Shown here: piece by piece, positions 1 to 11,015 of the stretch
Layout of the letters: each line of letters begins with the position of its first letter
Numbering within the stretch: position 1 is the first letter of the stretch
Assembly: GCF_009914755.1 (NCBI RefSeq)
Contig: NC_060948.1
From: the human T2T-CHM13v2.0 reference genome, Homo sapiens
Length of the DNA stretch: 64,000 nucleotides
Reading direction: 5' to 3' (one strand)
Program-made: the position numbers and the translations under genes
The notes under the pieces: model-generated
Databases searched by the model: none
What the model was told of the DNA's origin: nothing
Seen by the model: the letters and a program-made list of their open reading frames with translations, nothing else

Positions 1-344
1 CATCCAGCCATGTCTTGACTTTTATAGCTTCTGCCCAGGTATCTTGCTTCTAACCCTCCTGACTTTTGTATCTGTCAGGGTCCTCTGAGAGCAGGCACGT
101 AGGCATTTCTCATCAGTCTTCATCATCACTCACTCTAGCAATATACTGAGCTTCTAAATTTTCCTTCCAAGAAGTCAAACTACCCAACTATTGCCCTGAC
201 TTCTCAGGGTGATGACTAAGATTTTGAATACCATCTTGCCAATCTCGGGAAGCTAATGAATCCCAGCTTTTTGTAATCTCGAGATTCTAAAGAGGAAAAA
301 GGATTGTTTTGTGAAAACTCAGCATGATTTTTAAACTTCCCTAT

Positions 345-780
345 TCATATAGTTTGAACATTTGTCCCTCCAAGCCTCAGGTTGAAATGTGGTCCTCCAC
401 ACTGTAAATGGCACCTAGTGTGAGCTGTTTGTTTGTGTCATGGGGATGGATGCCTCATAAATGGCTTGGTGCCCTCGCCATGGTTAATAAGTGAGTTTTC
501 CGCTCTATTAGTTCCCACAATGCAGCTTACATCCAAATAGGTTGTTGAGAAGTGCCTGATTACCTTCTCCCCTTCTCTCTCTTGCTCTCTCCACATGTGA
601 CATGGCTTATTTCCTTTTACCTTCTGTCATGAGTGGAAGCCTCCTGAGGTTCTCGTCAGATGCAGATGCTGGCACCACAGATCTTTTACAGCCTGCAGAA
701 CCAGGAGCCAATGAAAGATCTTTTCTTTATAAATTTTCCAGTCTCATATTCTTTTATAGGAACACAAAGAGACTAAGACG
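345..780 (+). mobile_element. MaLR solo LTR, MSTB-like
   Basis: Starts 'atagtttgaacatttgtccctccaag', contains 'atgagtggaagcctcctgagg...gcagatgctggcacc...cagcctgcagaacc', and ends 'gactaagac', following the recalled MST LTR consensus. Confidence 0.85.
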
Positions 781-997
781 TGTATCTCTGGCTGGTAACT
801 TGCCTATATCAGTAAGCAGTGGAGATCAGCATTCACTATTTCTTGTGTTCCATACGGGACAAAGAGGTGGTTTTCAGAGGTCCCATGAGCTCTTCCTTAT
901 ACCCAACCCTTGGATTGCTCTACCTTTCAGCTTCTCCATGGAAGCACCCAACCTTTTAAACTCCTCCCTTAGGAACAGTATTTTGTTGTTGTTTTCA

Positions 998-1315
998 TTT
1001 TTATTTATTTGTTTGTTTATTGAGATTGAGTCTCACTGTGTCACCTAGGTCGGAGTGTAGTGACATGATCTCAGCTCACTTCAACCTCCACCTCCTGGGT
1101 TCAAGAGATACTCCTGCCTCAACCTTCTGAGTAGTAGCTGGGACAACAGGCACATGGCACCAGGCCTGGCTAATTTTTGTTTTGTTTTGTATGTTTAGTA
1201 GAGAGGGGATTTCACCTTGTTAGCCAGGATGGTCTTGACCTCCTGACCTCATGATATGCCTGCTTCGGCCTCCCAAAATGCTGGGGTTACAGGTCTGCGC
1301 TACTGTGCTCAGCCT
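998..1315 (-). mobile_element. Alu (AluS-type), full length
   Basis: T-rich tail followed by the antisense dimer 'gagtctcactgtgtcacc...ctcccaaaatgctggggttacagg'. Confidence 0.95.
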
Positions 1316-2684
1316 GGACCAGACTTTTAACTTGCCTGTTTCTAGGGTCTGATGCGACAGAACAGGCATTCTGTGACTCTACTAATTCCCACCCTCTCTG
1401 CAAAAAACCTCAACTCACAACTATCCTTAGATACGGACACCTGAGTGAATGATTCTATAGCTTGGGATTGGATCTCTGACACATTTTTTTGACTGTAGAA
1501 CTGAGAATAGCCACACAGATAGGATAAAAGAACAGTTTTAATTTGATGCTTTTTCTCCTCCCCAAGCCAGCACAATGTTGCATACAAAAAATTCCCCTGA
1601 ACTCAAGTTTCTTCACAGAGGAGAGCGTTGAAGATGTACATTCTGTCCTTTCTTTTCCATTTTGCAATTCGTCACATGAAGTTCTCTCTAGTCTTACCCT
1701 GTGGGAAACAGTGGGGGTATCGGACAATGGCGGTCAATTAGAAACAAAGTACATGGATGGGGCTCACAGTGACCATAACAGTAATCTTACTCATGGCTTT
1801 GCATTCCAGCCAGCAGAGTTGCACCATCAGAAAAACTAGGCAACAGCATCATTCTGCAGCAACCAAACATGGTTAATGGGTCTGCCAGGCTCAAATCACT
1901 GGCCAACTGCCAAATCCCACCCTGGTTTTCTCTGCAAAACTTCCAAGGCTGTGACAAAGAGGCAGCTTGGTGATTATCCACGGAAGGGTCATGTGACCCC
2001 ACCCATTCCCAGCTGCCATACTTTTGACCATCCTAGCCCTGTGTGCTCCACCCATCCCCAGGCTGAAAAGCAGAGGCAATTTAGTGGTTAAGGATGAAGT
2101 TTCTGGCCCTACCTGGACCCAGTGGGCAAGTAGCTTATATGATAAGTCTTGGTACCCCTGGAAGGAAGTTCACTTCTGATGTATCTAGTGGAAATCACCA
2201 GGGTGTTAGAATCCCTAGAGCACATGACTTTATTGAGAAACAGAATTCCAGTCTCGGCTCCAGCCCCTCCCACTGCTGTTGGGAAGCAACTACCCTGCTG
2301 GGGAAAGGGCCTGTCTGAGCTAATGAATGTAGGCTGTCCAGGCTCTGTCCAGCAGAAAATGGATCTAGACTCTCCAGCCTCTGTCCCCTATAGGGATGAC
2401 CCACTCTCAGCTCTGGCCTTTCCACTTTAGTCAGGGAACTCTATAATCCTTGAGAAACTTTCTGGGCAATATGCAACTTTCTTAGGAGAGACCAGGCTCT
2501 AAATGATCTGTTCAACAGCGGGTGTCAAGGGACCTGATTGTCAGCCCCAGGCCCTTCTGCGGCAGGCAGAAAATTAGCTCAACCGTGCAGAGACCTTCCA
2601 GTAACCATCACAGCCAAAATTACAGGCATTCCATTCTGTGTTCTGCAACAGAATCTAAGTGGACACAGTCTCAGCTTCAGCTTG

Positions 2685-2808
2685 TCCAATTTCAATTTCT
2701 GAAATGGAATCATTAGTAATAAATAACCTACAAGCCAAAAAAAAAAAAAAAAAAAGCCCAGGAACCGATAGATTCCGGATGAATTCTACCAGATCTACAA
2801 AGAACTGC
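2685..2808 (+). mobile_element. L1 ORF2 fragment
   Basis: Reads PISISEMESLVINNL...KKSPGTDRF..EFYQIYKEL, matching the L1 ORF2 RPITSSEIE...KKSPGPDGFTAEFYQ segment. Contains an expanded A-run. Confidence 0.85.
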
Positions 2809-3123
2809 ATCATATTCCATTGTGTGGGTGATCCCAGTTTGTTCAACTGGTTGTGTATGTATGCTTACACACACACACACAGGCACACACCTGTGTTTCA
2901 TGTTCCCTCAAAAAGCTGCAGTGGAAATGCCAGGCCAGCCTCTGGTATCATCCGAAGGATCAGTGGGGAAGGACCCACGCCTTTGCTTGCATTACATTGT
3001 TGCCAGCAACCCTGTCCACAATGGCATCTTTTCAGTGGTTTCTTACAGCTCTTTAGAGAATCTGCAATTATGTTTATTTGTATGGTTTACAATATATTCG
3101 TTAACCTTTATCTCTAAACTTGA

Positions 3124-3275
3124 GGCTGGGTACAATGGCTCAAGTCTGTAATATCAGTACTTTGAGAAGCTGATGTTGGAGGATGCTTTGAGCCCAAAAG
3201 TCTGAGACTACAGTGATGTATGATTCAGCCCGGTGACAGAGCAAGACCCTGCCTCTAAGTAAATAAATAAGAAAA
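3124..3275 (+). mobile_element. Alu monomer (FLAM/FAM-like)
   Basis: 'ggctgggtacaatggctcaagtctgtaat...gtgacagagcaagaccctgcctct' followed by a (TAAA) tail; monomer length only. Confidence 0.8.
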
Positions 3276-3884
3276 ATACAACTGATAGTAATATTTTTGT
3301 TTTACAGTTTGGAAACACAAATTTCCTTGATCAAATAAATGAATATTTGATAGTCACTAACACAGGACATTTGCTTGTGTATGGGAACCAACGCAGGAAA
3401 GCAGTAGGATTAGATGCTCTTTCCCCGTAATCCCTGAACATGTATATACTGTGATGATGATAAGGGGTGAATTTGGATCAGGAAGTCTTTCTGCCAGAGC
3501 CATCAAAACTGTGGAAATAAAACCCTCCACAAATCAGGAAACAAAACAGTTTTTACTGATAATAGTAACTATAAAATCTTTTGCAGATTTGGTTTCATTT
3601 TTAATTTAGTGTAGATTAGGCAGCGTAACACAGACTACCCTGCCCCTAATAGTATGCGATTTGATGACAAATGTCAATTAGACTTGGTTGTTGAAAACTA
3701 CAAGAATCTTAGTTAACAGCGTAGTTACATGAATAATTTTGACAATATAAACCAGCTTATTTTAAACTTTCAGTTAGTCCACTAGACACCAAAATATTAT
3801 TTTAAACATAGTTCAGAATTGATGTGGATAATGGGCAAAATGGCAAGCTTCTATTTTTATTCATTTCCTTTGGTTTTATGCCTT

Positions 3885-4045
3885 TCATTCTCTCCTTTCT
3901 CCCCTTCCTTCCTTCCTTCCTTCCTTTTTTCCTTCCTCCCTCTCTCCCTTCCTTCCTCCATCCCTCTGTCTCTGTTTCTTCCTCCCTCCCTCCCTCCCTC
4001 CCTTCCTTCCTTCCTTCTTATTTTTCTGTATCTCTGTTTCTCTCT
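3885..4045. repeat. (TTCC)n/(TCCC)n pyrimidine-rich simple repeat
   Basis: Directly visible ccttcctt/ccctccct runs adjoining an Alu tail. Confidence 0.95.
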
Positions 4046-4049
4046 TTGA

Positions 4050-4705
<656 letters not shown>

Positions 4706-5159
4706 TCATATCTGTTTTAAAGCTCAGTTGATTAGCAATATTATCTTCCTGGAATGCTTTATGTTTACAAAACAACTATAGCATTATTATTTAGCCCCTT
4801 CGGATAAAATATGGTAGTACTCAAAACATACATACAGTCAGTGATCAAAAGATCAGTGTAGGCCAGGACCTAAAATGAAAGACGAGTTGCTGCAGTTGAC
4901 TAGCATTAAAGCAGACCAGAGTTGACCCATACCCAGCCAGGAGATGTGAACAGAGGCTTTCAAAAAACTCCATCAGATACATGTTAGATTATTCTCCAGC
5001 CATAGCAAGGGGACATTAAAGATCTGTTTGTGTTTAGAAGAGTCTCGATGGTTTGGCTTTTCCAGGGTATTAGCATTCGTGGCATTGGCCTTTAAAGCTC
5101 TCCGTAATTACTCAAATCAGTAGACAACTCAGTTTTTCTAGGAGTCTAAAGTGCTTTTC

Positions 5160-5660
5160 AAAATTATGTAAAACTTAATGGCTTAAAACAATAATTATAA
5201 TTTACTAACTTCAGTCTCTGCAGTCTTCCACAGTCTCTCAGCCAAATGATTGTGGTTCAGGGGCACTCAGGAGGATGCAATCTAATGATGGCTCAGGACG
5301 GTGACATTGTCAGGTGTCTTCTCATCTCCCTGGTGCCACGGCTAGCATAACTCAAATAGTGGGGCTGGACTGCTGAGATTCTCGGGCATCTCATTCTATT
5401 TCTATGAGTCTCTCCATGGGATGTCCCTTCTGCATAGTGTTATCAGGGTGTTAGACTTCGTGATATACTCGTCAGGGGCTCCTGAGGAGTTTGGCCCCAT
5501 GAGAGCAGGAGACTTAGGCAGAGCTGTGATACCTTTTCTAACCTAGGCCAGAAGTGGCCCAGTATCCAGAAAATGCTTGCACTGTTTTCTATTCATTAGA
5601 AGCAAGTGCTGTGTTCAGTCCCATCAGGAATATTTTCAAATGGGTTTGCAGAGAATTTCA
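5160..5660 (-). mobile_element. Old MaLR LTR (MLT1 family)
   Basis: 'aaaacttaatggcttaaaacaa' and 'ttttctaacctaggccagaagtggc...ctattcattagaagcaagt' are typical antisense MLT1 motifs. Confidence 0.7.
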
Positions 5661-8277
5661 GTGTTTTCGACCAGTACAATGGCGATGCCTAATAATTACT
5701 TATTTTTATAAGTGCTGGATGGGTTTTACCAAGCATAATAGCAGATACAGACTTTTAAGCTTAAAACCTAGATGTCATAGCTCTGAACATTTGGTTGTAT
5801 GTTGAAATAATTCTTACGGAAAAATTGACTTTGAAATGAGAGCTATAAATAAATAAAATAAATGAGATAAACTCATAAATATCTGCATGAAATGCTTATA
5901 AAGAGGTCAGCCTTAAAAATGTCATGAGGTCTAATGTGCCACTATTTTACTATTTCTATGGATATGACTTGGACAGGAGGACAAGGACTCAGGGGTCTGC
6001 TGGTCAGTCTCTGCAACTTGAAACAGCGGCTGGGGCACCAGGAGTAACACTTCCAGCCAACACCATGTAGTGAGGACAAGGAGTCCATCTGGGTTAAGGA
6101 GGGTGTCAGCATAATGTGACCTGAAGGAGAGGTACACCTTCTACAACCAGGATCAAGTTCTCTGGCATTGAAATCCGCCATGCCCAGCTGTGGCAGAGTG
6201 AATTGCTCAGCTGGTGCTGGGTTTCTAGGTGTGTTCGGGAAGCAGCTCCCTGGGCTGGGAAGGATCCCCTCATTCCCTTGCCATGTGGGAGGGTGAGGTT
6301 TGTGGCCTCTGCTCTGTCTGTTCCAGCTCTTTCCCTTCCCATTATCCTGCTGCTGGGAAAGATGGCAGGACCCTGGAATGGAGAAGGGCCCTGGGTTGTT
6401 GACAGTGCCTGTGGGTGGTCATGTACTAGGAGGAGAGTCCTCACTGAGCCTCCTGTGAGCTTGGAGGCTGGGAAGGAACACTTATGGGGCACTGGCTGTT
6501 CCAGAGTCCAGGGGCCTGTCCCGGAGAAGCCTGGGGGGAAGTCGTTAAGCCTGTGGTTCTGCAATCTAGGTGGAAGAGCTGTATCTGCCATGGCTGACAT
6601 CATCAGGGCAAGACACCCACTGGGTGGAGAGCTGGACTTATGCATTTTTATCCCTGTCCTGAAGGGACCCTGCATGCCTGCCTCTCCGGGGACCAGTCAT
6701 CCTGGGGACCCCCTCTCTGGGACCACTCATGACCATAAGCTTAGGCTCTTGTGTGCCTTGCTTCCTGTCTGCCCAGGTGAGGCAACCTGGAGAGGATATG
6801 CGGGGCGAAGCTCATGTGCACACGTGCAGCACTGGAACGGGGTGTCACCAGCCAGTTAGGCCGCTGCTCACCAGGCCCTCTCCTGAGCTCCCACCTGGCT
6901 AAGTGGTAAGTGTCCCATCTACATGACCCTGCAGCCCAGGGTTTCTCCTCCACCTACCAACCCTCTTGGGGAGAATGCCATCTTCCCTGGAGACTCAGGA
7001 CCTGCTGGACCCACATGCTGTCCTCCTCTCTCATGGGCTGGACACTGTCTAGTGCACAGGGATTCCTGGATAGCGAATCCCAAAACCCCACGGGTTCCAT
7101 TGCTTCTTCCCTGAATGCCTGCCTTCCCCAACCGAACACACAGGAAGACCCAGCTGCTAGGTTTTATTTCCCGCCAGGTGTCATTTCAGGTCCATGACAT
7201 CTCCTATAGGTAGCTCGCACCAGGCACCCATTTCCTCCTACTACCTCTGCCATTTGTGAAAACCATGAGGACTCTTCCTGTCTCCCAAAAGGGCAGGCTT
7301 CACAGGTCCTGAAGTTGGACTGCCAAACCCCGCAGTGCCCTGCTTGCCAGCTCAAGAGCTGAGTTTGAGGCACACATGTGGGCAGGAGTGTGGCCCCCCC
7401 CAAATCAAGGTACACAAAGGTACACAGGCACAAGTGTGCACATGCGTGCACAGCTCAGACACGGAGGCTAGAACATACCCACCCTCATACTGGTATGATT
7501 GAAACTGGGTGACTACACCAATACTAATGTGGACCTTAATGCTCAGCCACATTCCTTCGCTACACACACAGAGAAGGTTCCCTGCCATTTAACTGATCAT
7601 CTACAATGGTATTTACTTTTACTTTCATACTTTTTTTTAACTTACCAAAGTATGTTGCATTCTTTCCCCCGTCATGAAAGACTTTGATACAAGTAAGGAG
7701 GAAGGGCACTTTTTATAATAAAATCCTGTATCTGCATCTGTATTATTAAGGCATTTAAAAAACTTTATGTCTATTTTTTAATGTCATAGGAAATGTCTCA
7801 GGGGCCGGGGAAACATGAGTGAGGATGGCAGAGGGGAGAAAGCATGTCAGGGGAGACTGGGGTCATTGAACCAAAACATGACACGACTGGGATAGCCATT
7901 CTAGAAGGACACAGACCTAGACACGCCTCAAGTGCACCTCTCTGTGGCAGGTAAGAGGGCCCTAGTGGAGGCCAAACTGAGCCCCAGGTGGTAGCAGGCC
8001 TCAAGGCGTGGAAGGGAGCCAGAGAAGGATGATGCGGCAGCTATCCATTGAGATTGCTTCTCACCCATTGACCTTTGCCACTTCTGTGTCTTAGGTGACT
8101 TTGGGTGCCCCAGTTCTGAAATATGAGTGTTACAGTTCCCTGATGGGCTTTTCTCCCTCAGCCCAGGGATGGCCTGGGATTTCTCAGTGCAGGCTCCTCC
8201 CCGAGCCTTGAGTTCTCCATGTGTGTCCCAGCTCCAGGACCCACAGGCCTCTGAGCCCCCAGCCCTGGGTTGCTTAC

Positions 8278-8364
8278 CTGGTTTCCTCTCTGTTTCCTCT
8301 CTGAGGGCCTAACTCCTTCCGGTAGTGCTGCAGGGGGATTGAGACAGAGGCCCTGAATGATGAT
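8278..8364 (-). pseudogene. TSPY: TSPY-like exon 5
   Basis: 'ccccag|ATCATCATTCAGGGC...AACCAG|gtaagc'. Reads IIIQGLCLNP(+1)LQHYRKE versus ILCKDLWRNPLQYYKRM. Confidence 0.88.
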
Positions 8365-8482
8365 CTGGGGGACTGAGAAAAGGGATCCGTGACTGGTCAG
8401 GTCATGGTTCAAAGCCAGTTCCCCAGATGCCAAGGAAAGACCAGCAAGGTCCTTTCCCATGACACCCCTCAGCGGTGCCCAC

Positions 8483-8628
8483 CTCAGCAATCCTGGCTGA
8501 CCTTTAGTGGTCACGGTCAGCCAACCAGCGGAAGAAGCTCAGTTAGGCTGTGTCCTGCCTGAAGCTGGGGTCTTCTGCTGCATGACTCTAGAAACACTGG
8601 ACTACAGTAGAGACAGATGCCATGTATC
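8483..8628 (-). pseudogene. TSPY: TSPY-like exon 4
   Basis: 146 bp with canonical ag/gt. Reads GYMASVSTVVQCF*...*LSFFRWLADRDH*RSARIAE versus EYRASHSTPIEW...[20 protein letters not shown]. Confidence 0.92.
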
Positions 8629-8714
8629 CTGGAGCAAGAAGATTTGGGTAGGCTCATGCCAGGCCTAGCCTCCCACACTCCACCCGCTCTATCATTCCGG
8701 GAGGCACTCCTTAC

Positions 8715-8827
8715 CGAGGATGCCAACACGATATTCCTTAAAGATCACTTCATTGTGGAAATAAAGACTGTGACAAAAGGAACACTTCATCCTGCCACCA
8801 GTACCCTGGATGGCTGAGTTCCTCCAC
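8715..8827 (-). pseudogene. TSPY: TSPY-like exon 3
   Basis: 'tagcag|GTGGAGGAA...ATCCTCG|gtaagg'. Reads VEELSHP..(frameshift)..RMKCSFCHSLYFHNEVIFKEYRVGIL versus [33 protein letters not shown]. Confidence 0.9.
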
Positions 8828-9020
8828 CTGCTACACCAAGAAGAAGAGGACAGACTCAAAGGATCCATTTCATCTAGTTGGGCTGAGGGCCTGCTGGCTA
8901 GGGTGAAGCATGCGTTTTCCCTTCCCAGCTCTCCCACTGAGACACCCCCAGACCCCAAGAGGACCTCAACCTGACCAGGACCCTCGATCCCTCCCCCAGA
9001 CCCAGGCACCCTAGCCTGAT

Positions 9021-9102
9021 TTGCAAATCCATCCTGTAGCTTACTTAGCAGGACTTCCTCATGGTTTCTGAAACCTGCCGACATCTGGGTGTGCGGCACA
9101 AT
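9021..9102 (-). pseudogene. TSPY: TSPY-like exon 2
   Basis: Acceptor 'gaggcag|', then IVPHTQMSAGFRNHEEVLLS versus TSPY [20 protein letters not shown]. The donor is degenerate (atcagg). Confidence 0.85.
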
Positions 9103-10132
9103 CTGCCTCTGGTCAAGGAGCCTCCAGATGACTGGGTGGGTGTGCCAGGAAACACCCTGCAACTTTGCAAGAGCTGGGAGACTGTTGGGCAGGGCTATCC
9201 CCCAGACCTTTGGCCTGGCACTTTGCATTGGTGATCCTGTCTCTGTCCAGCATGAGGGGCACGGTAACGGATATGGTGGTCTTGTGGGCAAGTGGAGGGA
9301 GGCCCAGAAAGACTCTGCCAACAAGGAGTGGGGAGCACAAGTTGGCAGGGTTTGGGTGTGGGGTGCTGTGGTGTGAGGCAGTTGTTTCCTCAGAGTTCCT
9401 GAGCTGCACATGGCCCTTGTGCACTGGGTGCTAGATAGGCTCTGCTGAGGGTGTCAAGGTGTGTGGTACCCTCTTCTGTTCTCCCTGAGGGGTGGGTGTG
9501 TCCACTTGAGGGAACCGGTGTGGGTAGAAAGGACTGCAGGGCTGTACCTGGTGCTCCCCGTGGGGCTCATGTGTGTGCAACGGAGGCATGTGTGCAAAGG
9601 AGGATATATATGCTCAGGGCCCGCAGCTCTTTGGGTGCAACACAGGCAGAGGGAAGAAAGACTGTCTGGGTACCTGGTGCCTGCCTTGCAGAGGACAGCA
9701 GCCCCGTGCACCATGAACCCGAGTCTTGAGTACCTTGTGTTTCTGGTGTGAGGCCTCTGGACACACACACATGGGGAGTGGGTGTGGTTCGATGGCTGGT
9801 ATGAGCATGCAGACTCCCTTTCCTCCAAGGACTTTCCCAGGGAAACGTGCCCTTCAACTTTCTGCTGTGAGTGAAGGGTCCTTGACACCCCTATTTTCTC
9901 TTGTGAGTGCTGAGCTTGGCTCCCAGTCCCTATCACATGCTCTCAGGTCACCCTCAAGCAAGCTGCCCTACTATCTGCAGTATCCTTGCCTCAGCTCCCC
10001 TCGCTGTCTCCCATCCCCTGCCTCCTGGCTGACCCTGTGTGCCCCTGGCCTGGCTCCGTTGCTCCCCGCCCCCGGAAGCCCGACTCCCACCTCCTGCTGC
10101 CAGTCATCCCGAATGGGCAGTTACAAAGATAT

Positions 10133-10550
10133 GGCTCTGGCCTAGAAGCCGGAGATGCCCTGGATGATGGCCCCTGTGCCCTCCAGGCCAGGCAGACACT
10201 TCTGACAAAGCTTCTGCCTCAGCCATGGGCAGGGCATGTGGCCTGGGGCATTCACGGAGCCCAGCTCCCTGTGAAGGACCTCCAGCGACTCTGTGGCCGG
10301 CTGGGGCATGCTGGGGCCAGGGCCAGGCTGTGTTCACTGGTCCTCCACCTGCCGCTCCATGTCGGCTTTCTCCTCAACCACCACCTAGACCACCGCCGTG
10401 ACGTCGTCCACCACCAGCACCTTCTCCTCCTACAGGGGCACCTCCACACTCCGTGCCCTGGCTGCCCTCTCCTGCAGAGCCTCCAATTTCAACAGGGTGC
10501 CTCCTTTGGAGGTCCCATTGCCTACAGCCTGCACTGTCACCTTCACGTCT
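10133..10550 (-). pseudogene. TSPY: TSPY-like exon 1 (partial)
   Basis: SKGGTLLKLEALQERAARARSVEVPL*EEKVLVVDDVTAVV*VVVEEK...Q*TQPGPGP...ELGSVNA...[13 protein letters not shown] aligns to TSPY AKEGTAFRMEAVQEGAA...[20 protein letters not shown]...PGPGP...ELEPVNA...GAVIQSVPGFWANV. The donor reads AT instead of GT. Confidence 0.92.
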
Positions 10551-10593
10551 GGATAGGTATATCCTTAAAATATACGTAAAGAAAAATAACTTA

Positions 10594-11015
10594 AAAGTGT
10601 TCCTGTTTCTCCACATCCTCTCCAACATCTGTTGTTTCCTGACTTTTTAATGGTCGCCATTCTAACTGGCATGAGATGGTATCTCATTGCGGTTGCAGGG
10701 CCATGGATGAAGCTGGAAACCATCATACTAAGCAAACTATCACAAGGACAGAAAAACAAACACCACATCTTCTTACTCATAAGTGGGAGTTGAACAATGA
10801 GAACACATGGACACAGGTGGGGGAATATCACACATCTGCCCAGTTGGGGGGTGGGGGACTAGGGGAAGGATAGCATTAGGATAAATACCTAATGTCAATG
10901 ACGAGTTGATCAGTGCAGCAAACCAACATGGCGCATGTATCCCTATGTAACAAACCTGCACGTTCTGCACATGTACCCTAGAACTTAAAGTATAATTTTA
11001 AAAAATGAAAAAAAA
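10594..11015 (+). mobile_element. 5'-inverted, truncated L1PA (about L1PA4-7) insertion
   Basis: 10594-10692 is antisense L1 ORF2 end. 10693-11000 is sense ORF2 end plus 3'UTR finishing 'agaacttaaagtataat' with an A-tail. Confidence 0.92.

Larger units (their letters stand above)
8278..10550 (-). pseudogene. TSPY: Unprocessed, 5'-truncated TSPY-family (NAP/SET domain) pseudogene
   Basis: Five collinear exons translate to recognisable TSPY sequence. There are at least 7 in-frame stops, frameshifts in exons 2, 3 and 5, and two lost GT donors. No start codon or promoter is present. The specific TSPYnP/FAM197Y locus cannot be named from sequence alone. Confidence 0.93.

Noticed and set aside
602-1048. 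148-aa ORF
   Set aside because: It runs from an MST LTR through unique DNA into an Alu tail and has no protein-family signal.
6106-6859. Overlapping 218-aa (+) and 189-aa (-) ORFs as real genes
   Set aside because: They have non-ATG or weak starts and no recognisable domain; such ORFs are expected by chance in GC-rich DNA.
8692-9411. 239-aa minus-strand ORF as a functional TSPY isoform
   Set aside because: It reads through introns and only touches pieces of exons 2 and 3; the flanking exons have stops.
9986-10579. 197-aa His/Leu-rich plus-strand ORF
   Set aside because: It is the antisense shadow of the Glu/Val-rich TSPY exon 1.
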